Shown piece after piece: positions 1-11,352 of a DNA stretch of 64,000 bases. The DNA comes from Octopus bimaculoides (Eukaryota): the NCBI RefSeq assembly GCF_001194135.2, contig NC_068993.1, positions 54,391,908 to 54,455,907 of the forward strand. The letters are read 5' to 3'. The translations under genes were made by a program, and so were the position numbers. A model generated the notes under the pieces. That model had not been told where the DNA came from. It searched no databases and worked only from the letters and a program-made list of their open reading frames with translations. Position 1 is the first letter of the stretch; the number at the start of each line of letters is the position of its first letter.

Positions 1-590
1 TGACTAAGGTTAATAAGCCTAAATTTAGGATTAGATAGGAAGTTCTTTTTACAGTCCTTGATAGTTATAAAGGCCTCTTTTTTTGGAAGGACCTCTATTT
101 TTAAAATCTAATTTTAGTCTGGCGGCGATAATGCTAGCTTCTTTATTAATTTCGTTATAAATTTGTGGCCTAGCTTTGGTGTAATTCTTGATGATGCTGT
201 TGTGTAGGAGTCGTGAATATGTGCTGTTTTCTACAAGGTATAATTTCTTCGTTTTATCAGAAGAAATTTTTTTTTTAACTCTTTATGTATTTGATATCTT
301 TTTTTCAGTTGTTGTTGAAAAGTGTTAAAGGACTTACGAAATTTTATTTTGTTCCTGAGCTTCAGTAGGTCCGCTTCGAAGTCTTCCAAGCCTTTGATAT
401 TTGGAGGGAATTTCTTTGATTTAATTCCATAGAATATGTTCTCTGTAGTGTCCTCTTCCATGTTGTAAAAGAAAGCTTTCCATCTCATATGCTTAATAAG
501 ATCTGTAATTTTCTCCAAAAGTTTCTTAGAGTATAGTTCCCTGGATGGTATAGGTATGCTTTTCATAGAATAATCGATATTGAATTCTCC
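1..590 (-). mobile_element. Penelope-like retroelement (PLE) ORF fragment, frameshifted, running off the window start
   Basis: ORF 231..566 reads DYSMKSIPIPSRELYSKKLLEKITDLIKHMRWKAFF...FEADLLKLRNKIKFRK. After a frameshift in the A-run near 261-277 another frame continues SDKTKKLY...YSRLLHNSIIKNYTK...EAFITIKDCKKNFLSNPKFRLIN. Both match my recollection of the N-terminal region preceding the RT core in invertebrate PLE ORFs. Confidence 0.8.
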
Positions 591-871
591 TGCGGGGTAG
601 AGTCCTCAACCAATTTATAGCGATTTTCCAAAATAAACTGTATTAGCTTTTACGGAAAAATAGCGGTGTACGGAAGGTAACTTATTAATAGTAATAGTAA
701 GACAACAAAAGAATGAAATATATATATAAGGATTTACTTTTCGGATATATATATAAGGATAAAATCTGTATAAGAATTTATCAAGTAGCCAGCGTGAAAA
801 GCCAGTTCAGGAAAAAATTAATGCAAAATATATAATTTTTCCCTTTAAATACAAATACATTCATTATATTA

Positions 872-1102
872 GGGGCTATTACCACACGTAAATGCCTCAC
901 GCTGTAATGGGACTCTGAAGTCAAACTACTTCAATAAATATAGACGGCACCGAAAGCGGGCGAACCACGAAATCATTAATGATTTGCGACTAAACCTGTT
1001 TTTAAAAGGTAGCTTCCAAGTTGCATTCCCGCCTCTTTCGGTGTCGTGTATATTTATAAAAGTGTGAGGCATTTTTACGCGTATACGTGTAGTAATAGCC
1101 CT
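872..1102. mobile_element. Tourist-like (PIF/Harbinger) MITE, 231 bp
   Basis: TIRs ggggctattaccacacgt (872-889) and reverse complement of 1085-1102 match 17/18. TTA flanks both ends (869-871, 1103-1105). Further internal inverted similarity (aaatgcctcac/gtgaggcattt; cggcaccgaaag/ctttcggtgtcg). Confidence 0.75.
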
Positions 1103-2581
1103 TAATATAATTAATATATTTATATATAATGCGAGAGAGTTAGGGGTTGAGGATTCAATCCACTAAGGGATAGTATCTATCCAATATACTGCTGGGAGGG
1201 TACCCAATTATTGTTACACTAGTGTTATACCAAGTGCAATAAGTGGGTGCGGGTAAAAGGGGGTTATTTTTACTCTAAATTTATATAGCAATGAGAAATA
1301 GTTGTGCGCGCGCGTATGTGTTCGGCGATTTCCAGCATATGAAAGACATTGCCGAACACAGAAATATATATATATTAAAAAAAATAAAAAAAATCCGTTT
1401 AACACTTGTCATACTTGAAACTAAAGAATGCCCTTATAACCGATATGATCGACCAAAGACCCTTCCTTCCCTATAGGCAGTACTCCACCGTGGAGTCGCG
1501 ATATGAGCGAAATCAGTAAAAGAGTAACATAACTATATCGGGTAAAATTCATTGAATTTATTTGCTTTCAGCAACTTCCTTCTCCCTTCTGTCGCCTGAT
1601 GTCTTTTGTTAATATAATTGATATAGCTGATAATATAAAACATAAGACAGAGAGATGTGATACAATTCATTGTTATTAGTGACAGAAATATCTTAACTGA
1701 TAAGTCGTGCAGTGCTGAGCATAATTAACTTTCTAAAAGTACAAAACCCATTCAACAATCGCGATAGTATCACAATAACAGCAACAGTTCTCTCACCATT
1801 GTATCGAAGTTTTGTGGAAAATCTCGATATAATATTAATACTTTAGTATCAATAATGATTGTTGTTTGAGTGGTCATTTGTGGTATTATAAGAGGTTTCA
1901 GTTCCTCGATACAGCTTGTACAGTTAAATCTGGTTCTGATTACAGAAACAGTGTTATTTTTAACCATGTGAAGCTAAAAAACCTTAATGTCAATTCCATA
2001 TTTACATCATAATGATATATCCATAGTTACACATTCAATAATTTCAAACAAATCTCAGTAATATAGTATTTTTGTCGTATATAATATATGTATGTATATA
2101 TATTGATATTTTCCTTATTTATTGATTATTGTCTTTAATCAGTAAGCTAATATAATTATAAATGTGAAAAGCAAATTTAGAATTTGCAAACGAATACACA
2201 GTAATCTGCAACCAGTGTTCCAAAATATAGCTTGCACTCTGAAAATCACCTGTTCTTTACCTTTGTATTAAGATTATGCTAGAGGTTAGGAACGCGAATA
2301 AACCTGGATCCTCCAACATTCTTCTCGAAGTTTTTTACTCTTTCTCATCGGTACAGTTTTGTAGTCATAACTTGAACCCGTTACCCCAAGGTAGTAGCTT
2401 TCTTATCACTGCTTAACCATTTTCATTATAGAAAAAATACTCGAGTCAAAAACTCCAACAATCTTAGATTAGTATTATTATTATAATTTTTTTTTTTCTG
2501 TTAAGAATACTTTAATTAGTTAAATTCTGTATTCACAACGTGCGTTGCAGAAAAAAACCAGTTTGAAATGTTATCTGGAGA

Positions 2582-3715
2582 TCAAAAGGATAAGAGGGAA
2601 ATATTTGAGTAGCACTTTATAGGAGAATCGTTAGATCCTCTATCGGTAAATTCTTTTGCCTGACAATCACTGGAATTGCAGAGAGGATTTCTACCTGATC
2701 GTACTGATTCTGAAGAGCTTTCTAATTCATAGTTTTCAGTTAGAATGCGTCCTTTACGATTCTTTTGAGTCATTGCTATGGAGTGGTTCTGCTTGGACGA
2801 AAAGCCATCTTTATGTTTGCCTCTTTCTTTTAGATTGGCATTGAAATAAGCACAGGCATTGGTATACCATTCTTTCTTCGAATTCCATGTCATAAAGGAG
2901 GTGATTTCTTCAGCAACTGTCTCAACACGCCATAATTCTAGGAGCCGCCGATACAACTCTCCATTTCCATGCTTCTGGAACGTCTTTTCCATACTTTCAT
3001 CAATTTTCTTGTATTTCGTTGCACTTTTTTGCACCTTATGAAGAAGCATCAAAGTCTCTGCTTTGAAGCAGAGGGGTATAAGATACTCCCCTAGTTCTGC
3101 TAGTGCTGATATATCGCCACAAGGAGCATTACTGGCTGAAAGAATATTCAAAACAGTAGCTGCTTGGTTGCTCCAGTTCATATTTATTTTGGCCAGTTGA
3201 AAGTTTTTTAAAGCGCGCCAGAATGAGTGTTTTCGTTTCGTGAGGTTAGCAATACGTTCCTCCTGCAGCATATCGTACACCTTACGGGCATCCACCCTGA
3301 GATTTTTGTCCTCCAACGATTCATTGGTGTTTGAAGATTCACAAGGTAACTGCGACAAATTCGAGGACGTTACTGGCGACTGGTTCATGATGGAATTAGT
3401 GTCATTGAATGTTGGTGAACTGGTGTGAGGTAGAACTATGCCGACCATTGAGGGACAATCATTGTCATCACTTGCGTGTGAACGCATTTCTTGTTGTTGT
3501 AAGATATTTGCTTCACCGTTGCTGTCCCGACAGAGGTGAAGCTGCAGTGGAGTACACCTCTCCACTGCAGCTGTCAAGTTTCGATCGTGGTTCATGCTCA
3601 TTGCTGCCGAGAAAATATCGCAGCTCTCTTCACTGTCGGTGAAATTTGAGGAGCTCGTTGATGGCGAGACAGTAAAAATCATGCTGTCATGGTTTTCCAT
3701 CTCAGGAATCTCCAT
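2582..3715 (-). CDS. Intronless uncharacterised protein, paralog A (377 aa from first ATG)
   Basis: Long open frame of non-repetitive composition in DNA where random ORFs are short. Shares SMIFTVSPST and a 137-aa core (3274-2864) with the ORF at 9835..11352. The track start at 3766 is a GTG; the first ATG is at 3715. Confidence 0.75.
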   Translation of the reverse strand: MEIPEMENHDSMIFTVSPSTSSSNFTDSEESCDIFSAAMSMNHDRNLTAAVERCTPLQLHLCRDSNGEANILQQQEMRSHASDDNDCPSMVGIVLPHTSSPTFNDTNSIMNQSPVTSSNLSQLPCESSNTNESLEDKNLRVDARKVYDMLQEERIANLTKRKHSFWRALKNFQLAKINMNWSNQAATVLNILSASNAPCGDISALAELGEYLIPLCFKAETLMLLHKVQKSATKYKKIDESMEKTFQKHGNGELYRRLLELWRVETVAEEITSFMTWNSKKEWYTNACAYFNANLKERGKHKDGFSSKQNHSIAMTQKNRKGRILTENYELESSSESVRSGRNPLCNSSDCQAKEFTDRGSNDSPIKCYSNISLLSF

Positions 3716-3806
3716 CTTTGTCGAGTAGTCGCAATGTAAGGGATATAAACGTTGGATAAAAATCACACGCAGTTCAATCCTTTCCCTACATCACTTCCTT
3801 TCTGTA

Positions 3807-3814
3807 TGACGTCA
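3807..3814. promoter_or_regulatory. Perfect CRE palindrome TGACGTCA about 90 bp upstream of the paralog A ATG
   Basis: Exact CREB/ATF consensus seen in sequence; function inferred from position only. Confidence 0.3.
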
Positions 3815-4552
3815 TAAGCAAACTAATAACTAACTCCTCCTCCTCTCTCACTTCATCATGCAATACCAACATCTCAGCAGACGACAGCAACACAGTCTGT
3901 GAGTTCTAGCGGATATTTATTCTTCCTTTTTCAGCCTTCTTTTTATTCCTCGTCGTTTATCCTCTCCTAGGAAAACAGTCACCTCTTCATGATGTTTCAT
4001 GTTTTAATGTCCTTATATGTGTGTGTGTATGTGTGCGTGCGTGTGTGTGTGTGCGTGTGTGTGTGTGTGTGTTTGTGTGTGTGCGTGTGCGTGTAGGTGA
4101 TGGTAGTGGAGTTGCTATATTGGGGACGGCAGCAGTGGCGGTGGTGGTATAATGCTGGTAGATTGTGTATTGGCGTAGTGAGTTGGTATAGTAATGGTGG
4201 CCATACGATGGTCTAATGAAATTCGTATGCAGTGCAGTGGAGGTACATATGCAAACGAAAATACTAAGTGGGGAAAAAGATCTACATGGACACGTGAAAA
4301 ACATTGTTTAAAAAAAAAAATTAATTTGCAAGCTTCAACTTCTTACATTCCATGTCACTGCATGGATAATCACTTCCAAACACCCAGAAACACAAGCAAA
4401 TCCCCAGAGCACAATCGCAACAACATCTGCTTGCCCACTCACCCTAAACAAGCCTAAGGAACACATACGAAAACTGACGTGTACTGAGGGGTAAACTTCT
4501 TACGATAAGGGCAGAAGAATAACACGTTTTGTTTAGAACGAGGACTTCCACT

Positions 4553-4690
4553 AGAGGCGCTTGGCTTAGTGGTTAGGGAGTTGTGCTTTCGATTCCGGGA
4601 CCGGGCGACGCGTTGTGCTTTTTTTTTTAAAGCAAAACACTTCATTTCATGTTACTCCAGTCCACTGAGCTGGCAAAAATGAGTAATCTT
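4553..4690 (+). mobile_element. tRNA-derived SINE type D, 5' part
   Basis: ggcttagtggttaggg head followed by gcaaaacacttcatttcatgttactccagtccactgagctggcaaaaatgagt; recurs elsewhere in the window. Confidence 0.65.
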
Positions 4691-4886
4691 GCGACGGCGG
4701 GGATTTATACGTCAGGGAAGCCGGTCCTTATGAGTCGACATGACTCTAGAAGATGACTATTACTCTACCTTTTACTGAGTCCTTCTTACCCATCTCTACA
4801 GTGGCCACAACATGAACCTATGGGTCACACAGATTGTAACCCAGCAACTCGGATGCACACGACATTCCACCGGTTATAACGGTGTG

Positions 4887-5178
4887 AGTTCCAGTTGATT
4901 CGCTCAACGGAACAGCCAGCTCGTGAAATTATCGTGCAACTGGCTGAGAATTCCACAGACACGCGTACACTAAACCTAGTTCTCAGGGAGATTCAGCGTG
5001 ACACAGAATGTGACAAGGCTGTCTCCTTTGAATTACAAGTATAACACATTTTTGCCGGTTTAGTGGACTGGAGCAACGTGAAATAAATTGTCTTGCTCAA
5101 GAACACATCGCGCTACCGGGAATCGAACATTCGACTACGATCGAGAGCCGAATATCCTAACCATTAAGCCAAACGCCT
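4887..5178 (-). mobile_element. tRNA-derived SINE type D, near full length
   Basis: Similar to copies at about 36445-36705, 45835-46030 and 57808-58110; tRNA-like head plus shared tail ending gctgttccgttga...aactggaa. Confidence 0.75.
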
Positions 5179-5879
5179 GCACACACAGTCAATATACCAA
5201 TAAATGCACCATCACATAACCAAACTGACATACTACTCCTGATGCTTTACGAACACACACCCTACCTTCACTGCACCGCATAAGACTTTCATTAGGCCAC
5301 CATGACGAAACCAACTCACTACGCCAATACACAATTTACCAGCATTGTACCACCACTACTGCCATAGCAGCAACTCTCACCACCATCACCTACACGCCAA
5401 GACATTAGCACCATCGTTGTAGTAAGACACTACCACCGTGACTATTATACCAGCACACCACACTACTGTTACCCTTACATCAACACACACACACACCACT
5501 CATCACTGTACTAACGCAATATAATTTATGTTAAGACCAGGCGATCTCTCTCGTTTTCAGGCTGTGGATTGTTTCTTTGCAGGAAATATTCTCGACTCGG
5601 TTCCGGACACCATTTGTAACTGTTTTCTCTTCTGTTACCCAAACACTTCCAAATGCGGACTTAACTGTCGCTTGTGCGCTTCTATATGGCACATAAGATT
5701 GTGGTTATTTCTCCGCCAGGTAGAAAATAGGAAATTGCTTGTATAACAAGTATTCACAAACGTCAGAAACTGTAAAGGAGTGCAAAGAAAAATGCGTGGA
5801 TCCAACGGAACTTGAACACAAGGTGAGCTCCTTCTGAACAGAATATATACTTCCGGCCATGACAATTTCATCTTTAATA

Positions 5880-6105
5880 GAGGCAGTGAGCTGGCAGAAA
5901 CGTTAGCACGCCGGGCGAAATGCTTAGCGGTATTTCGTCTATCTTTACGTTCTGAGTTCAAATTCCGCCGAGGTCGACTTTGCCTTTTTATCCTTTCGGC
6001 ATCGATAAATTAAGTACCAGTCGCTTACTGAGGTTGATCTAATCGACTGGCCCGCTCCCCCCCCCCCCAAATTTCGGGCCTTGTACCTAGAGTAGAAAAG
6101 AATAT
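5880..6105 (+). mobile_element. tRNA-derived SINE type A with Nin/Deu-like central domain
   Basis: Contains gaggtcgactttgcctttttatcctttcggcatcgataaattaagtaccag, resembling the Nin/Deu SINE core; multiple copies in the window. Confidence 0.75.
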
Positions 6106-7885
6106 AGGCAGTGTATATAGGACATGATATCTGCTATGTTAAACTCGTTGTAAGACAATAGATGATTTAGGGAAGATTAGTTTTCTATTTCTAGCATGTC
6201 AAGCGACCACGTAGAGGCTCTTTGGTTGAACGTATTTAAGTATGTTTAACATTTGTCTTCGTTGAACTCCAAACAATGAAATACTCGCACCAAACGGACT
6301 ATCGAGGGTGCATTTATATGGTTTCTCGTTTAACTAGCCAGAAATAGCAGCCAGATCATATCGTACCCTCTCAGAGGATGGAATGATACATTTGATAATC
6401 TAGTTCTAGAGAAACTGTAGAGAAATCACGGTAGAGTAGTGGCTGAAACGTTTCGATCGTAAGTATGTCTACTCGGTCGTGTCTGACTTGGCGCCAAACA
6501 ACAGAAACAATTACAACCATTTTGGAGTCTGATTTAAAACTGAAGGGGGAAGAAATGCGCAAGGATGCCGAGGGAGAGAGATAGGGCTTAGATTTGACTA
6601 TTGCAATGTTAGAAAGAGGCACAGAGAATGGTATCAACAAAGGTCTGCGAATGTTGTTGAGAGAAAAAAAATAGGGTCAACTCCAGTTTCAGATCCGGAC
6701 AAAATTTTTTTTTAAATAGCGTAATATGTGTAAAACTTTTTTTTGTTTTGGTGTGAAACCGGAGTGTAACCGAAAATACAATACTATGGGAGGACATGGT
6801 GCTATGATTGATACGTGGAAGGTGTCTCATCCAGAAATAAGGATGCAGAGCACGGACAGTAATATGTCGTGATTCACGAACAGGAATATGTCAACCCACA
6901 GACAATAACATTTTAGAAGGGTATAAAGTCGACTGAATCTATCATAAAGCTTGCCTAGAACTAATTTTATTGGCCCAAAGCGAAATATCAAAACTTTTCC
7001 CTGTCGGGATTTGAACTAAGAACGTAACCACACTCCAGATTTTTATAATATACCATACACATAACTGCGGGAACGAAATTTGCTTGGAGGGTGCAAACCC
7101 AGATTTTTAGGAGGAAGTTCAAAGCGTTTACATTGCCCCTCCCCCAACCTCGCTACAAATTTCCCGACCATGACCATAAAGTATTTTAACCCTACTCTTT
7201 TGATTTTTTTACTATCAATCGCCTCTTTTATAGTAATTTTTCATTCTTTTTAACCTCTGATGATATTTATAGGTAAATTATATTCAGCTTTATTCATGCA
7301 AACGCAATATGAATCGTTAGTTTTTTTTAAAAATATTTCCAATAAAAACAAATGTCGTGGCGATGAACGGGACGTTATACAACGGCATCAGAAATTTACA
7401 TACAAATTAAGAAACAATCATAAATGCATATAAAGACAACACATAATAAATGTTTTAAATACTTTCTTTAAAAATGAAGACAAAAAGCAACAACAGTAGC
7501 AGCCGCAACAATAAAAATATAAAAGTGTTGAGTGAAGAAAGTTCCTCTTTATTGAAACCATCTGTAATAGCAGGCAGACTCCAGTAAAGTGTAAATATAC
7601 ATCTAGACTATAATTAATTGCTATTTTTTAACCAGGCACATAGGAAGGGCTATCGTCTATGTATGGCTCTACCACAGAATATCACTGGTACTTGTATTAA
7701 GGCACCGTCATAGGTTAACTTCATCGCGAGATGAAAGTTTTTCTTTTATTCTTGTTTAAAAAAACATAAAAGGGATTTAAATTGCAAATATTTTCTCTGT
7801 TTTAGAGAAACTTCCGTCAGATTTGTCCGTTTCTTTGGGAACGCTGTGTGTGTGTGTGTATATGTATGTTGGATTAGATATGTAC

Positions 7886-7918
<33 letters not shown>

Positions 7919-8218
7919 CATGTACGTACGAATGTATATATGCATGCGTGTGTGTGTCTGTGTGTGTATCTATGTCCGTGCGCGTACGTGTGTGTGTCAG
8001 TAATAATATCAATAAATCTATGTATCGTATACCATGGGTTTAACAGAGATCCTCAGTAAATGTAAATTATAGGGATACAAATAGCATGGAGTGAATTTAT
8101 ATAGTCTCACACACACATGCACACGCATTGTATATGTACATATATGCATATATATTATATATATATATAGTTGGGAAAAGATTAGAGGTCTATACAAATA
8201 ATTTTTTTTATAAATGAA

Positions 8219-8586
8219 AGATGGAGGTGGAAATAGCACAGAAGTAAATCTAAAACATTTCAATTTAAGAAGGAATTTAATAAAAAGGATTTTTAAAATT
8301 ATATATATAAAAAAAATTTTACCGGTTTCGATAATGAATTTCATCTTATCAAATATCAGTAAAAATTTATAAAAAATTTAAGTAAAAACGTGTTTGTGAC
8401 CCCGAGACAGAAGTTAAATTGTTTTTACTTTAAATTTTTATAAATTTTTACTGATATTTGATAAGATGAGATTCATCATCGAAACTGGTAATATTTTCTT
8501 TATATAATTTTTAAAAATAGCTTTTATTTGATTCCTTCTTAAATTGAAATGTCTTAGATTTACTTGTGTCATTTCCACCTCCATCT
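8219..8586. repeat. Long imperfect hairpin: arms of about 170 bp (8219-8389, 8421-8586) with a 31-bp spacer
   Basis: The right arm reverse complement aligns to the left arm along its whole length, for example tcatcttatcaaatatcagtaaaaatttataaaaa, with scattered substitutions and small indels. Confidence 0.85.
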
Positions 8587-8802
8587 TATAAGATGTATGT
8601 ACATATATNNNNNNNNNNNNNNNNNNNNNNNNNNNNNNNNNNNNNNNNNNNNNNNNNNNNNNNNNNNNNNNNNNNNNNNNNNNNNNNNNNNNNNNNNNNN
8701 NNNNNNNNNNNNNNNNNNNNNNNNNNNNNNNNNNNNNNNNNNNNNNNNNNATACTACACACACACATACATATATATACGTACATACATATATATATATA
8801 CA

Positions 8803-8835
<33 letters not shown>

Positions 8836-8910
8836 CACATTTATACATACATATATTTATGAATACATATATATGCATATATTTGCATGCATTATATATG
8901 TATAGATTAC

Positions 8911-8942
<32 letters not shown>

Positions 8943-9834
8943 ATATATGTTCATATGTGTATATTTCTGTTATATGCATATGTATCTATGTTTCGTAACG
9001 TGTCTATGTTAATGTATATACAGGTATATGTGTATATCACATGCTATGTACTAGTATGTGTATATATATGCATGTTTAGGTTACGCACTATAAAGTATAT
9101 AGTGCTTAAATGTTACGTAATGTGTATATACACGTGCATACGTAATGTGTCGTCATACATGTATATACATTCTATCTAAGGTATATTCATATATAACAGC
9201 TTTTGCAGTTTTATGCACTACCTAGTATGGGTGAGTATGGGTAACCTCTCTCCAAATATGGTTGATTCGCAGAGATTCTTGGAAAGAAGGGCACCACTGG
9301 GGGGTAATTCCTGAAAATATTCTGTTTGTTTGGTACAAATTTGTATGTATGCTTTTGCCCTGTGTAAAAATATATGTGTATGTGTACGTGTGTGTGTGTT
9401 TGCAAGGGGGGGATAGAAGAGATAGAGGAGATTGACCGCACGCACATGCTTGTGATTAAGGGTGTGGTTCACAAATATCAGAAACATTCCACTGTGGAAA
9501 GTCTAATAAAACCACTATTTTCCATTCAACCTGTTTTTTTAAAATAAATATTTATGTATTCTTTTTTGATTTTTACTTTTCTCTTTTTAAATTTTTTTTT
9601 TTTTGTTAATGACTTTTCTTTTTTAAAAACACATTCTTCGTACCGAAACCAGAAGGCGAGATTAATCCTGAAGTAAGAAGAGAAGAAAGCTGGGTCAGTC
9701 AGGTATCAGATGTATCGTCCATCGGGAATGTCTGGGCAGACGATTTGATTTCACCACTTTGCTCGGAATAATTCACCAAGTCTTGTGGGAACCGAATTTG
9801 TAATATTTTGATTTTGGTTAAATTCGTTGTGGAA

Positions 9835-11352
9835 TCACTTTAAGAATCTCCTAGCTCCACGACGCATATCAGCACAGTGTATCTCTCGCATGGCACTATA
9901 GGAATGGTTTGGATAATTATCATTCGAGAAATTCTTTTTCCTCTGGCAGTGTACGGTTCTGATGTGGCGTGTGGTTCGCCTGTAGTTCCTTTCAGTTTTT
10001 GGAGTCTTCGACTCCAGCGAATTCACGTGTATATAATTGCATTTTGCATTAGATTCTTTAGATTTTCTTTTGGTGACAATAACTGAGTCACTCCTAAATT
10101 TATAATTCCTTCCTTGATATTTCGTCTCTCTTGGATAAACAGTTTGGCGAAAAGACCTACGTTTGGTTCGATTTGTAATTTGCTCAGGAAGTCTGGAGCG
10201 TTTTGATTGATCACTATTTATTTTCAGTTGCCAATTGACATTCTTTCTGGAATCTCTTGGATCATTCTTGAAGCAGGACCAGACGTTATTACTATACCAT
10301 TCTTCTTTTGAATTCCACGTCAAAAACGATGTAATTTCCTCAGCGTCTGTCCCAACACGCCATAACTCAATGAGGCGTCTACAAACTTCCCCGCTACTGT
10401 AAAATTTGAAAAGATTCTGCATGATTTCGTCAATTTGTTTATACTTGGAAATGTTTTTTTGAACTTTTTGCAGCAGAATCACTGTTTCCATTTTGAAACA
10501 GAGTGTCGTCAAACATTCTGCTAATTCTTCAATGGCTGATTTACTCCCTTGAGACGTTTCAGTTGTAGAGATCATATACACTAGAGGTGGATTCACATTG
10601 CTCCAATTCATATTTAGTTCAGCTAAGTGAAAATTTTTTACTGCGTGCCAGAATGAATATTTCCTTTTCGTCAGGTTTGCCAAATGTTCAGTTTGAAGCA
10701 TATCACTCAGAGACTGCACATGATAATGGATGTCATCCTCATTTGCTGAAGATATAGGAGAGGGATGCAATAAAAATGTCATTTCTGCTTCGTCAGTCTC
10801 TTCAGCCATTTCATCACTAGATATTTGTGAACCAGTCGACGGCGAAACAGTAAATATCATACTTTGGTGGCTTTCGTTTTCATTATTAATATATTCCACA
10901 TCGTTTTTAGTAGTTTCTCTTGTCTGATTAGCTTCGTTCAATGTGTCTTCTGCATCTTCTTGCGTTTCTTTTTCAAACTCTGGTAAAACCGGTAATGACA
11001 GTTCTTCGATGTTGTAATCATTATATTGGTTCGGCTCTTCAGAATAGTTCTCGTTATTCATATTCAAATCTTTATTCGAGGCGTGAATCGCTTTCGGCTC
11101 CATTATATCTCTTACTTCAGTCAGCTGATCTGCATCAATAATTGTCTTCATTTCCATCAGTAGATTCTGCATCTTATCTCCGTCCAACTCGGCAATTTCT
11201 GTAAACATTGCATTGGAGAAAAGCTCCTCTCTCAGTTGTGCCATCATGACTTTGAGACCTTTATCGATTTGTTGGCTTGTATTCCGAAGCATTTTGTACA
11301 TTTCACTCATATCTGACCGTGTTGGTCCAGATTTGAAGTGCAAGTGAGACAT
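9835..11352 (-). CDS. Intronless uncharacterised protein, paralog B (505 aa)
   Basis: 1518-nt ATG-initiated ORF with a helical/acidic N-terminus, the shared 137-aa core (10704-10294) and a basic C-terminal tail. About 59% identical to paralog A over the core by manual count (81/137, no gaps). Confidence 0.8.
   Translation of the reverse strand: MSHLHFKSGPTRSDMSEMYKMLRNTSQQIDKGLKVMMAQLREELFSNAMFTEIAELDGDKMQNLLMEMKTIIDADQLTEVRDIMEPKAIHASNKDLNMNNENYSEEPNQYNDYNIEELSLPVLPEFEKETQEDAEDTLNEANQTRETTKNDVEYINNENESHQSMIFTVSPSTGSQISSDEMAEETDEAEMTFLLHPSPISSANEDDIHYHVQSLSDMLQTEHLANLTKRKYSFWHAVKNFHLAELNMNWSNVNPPLVYMISTTETSQGSKSAIEELAECLTTLCFKMETVILLQKVQKNISKYKQIDEIMQNLFKFYSSGEVCRRLIELWRVGTDAEEITSFLTWNSKEEWYSNNVWSCFKNDPRDSRKNVNWQLKINSDQSKRSRLPEQITNRTKRRSFRQTVYPRETKYQGRNYKFRSDSVIVTKRKSKESNAKCNYIHVNSLESKTPKTERNYRRTTRHIRTVHCQRKKNFSNDNYPNHSYSAMREIHCADMRRGARRFLK

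Larger units (their letters stand above)
4094..5392. repeat. Inverted repeat pair (4094-4245 and 5263-5392) bracketing about 1 kb
   Basis: The reverse complement of 4094-4245 aligns to 5263-5392, including accaactcactacgccaatacacaat(c/t)taccagcatt(a/g)taccaccac. Confidence 0.75.

Noticed and set aside
3716-3766. 17-aa N-terminal extension of paralog A
   Set aside because: It depends on a GTG start, which is unlikely in a eukaryote; the first ATG is at 3715.
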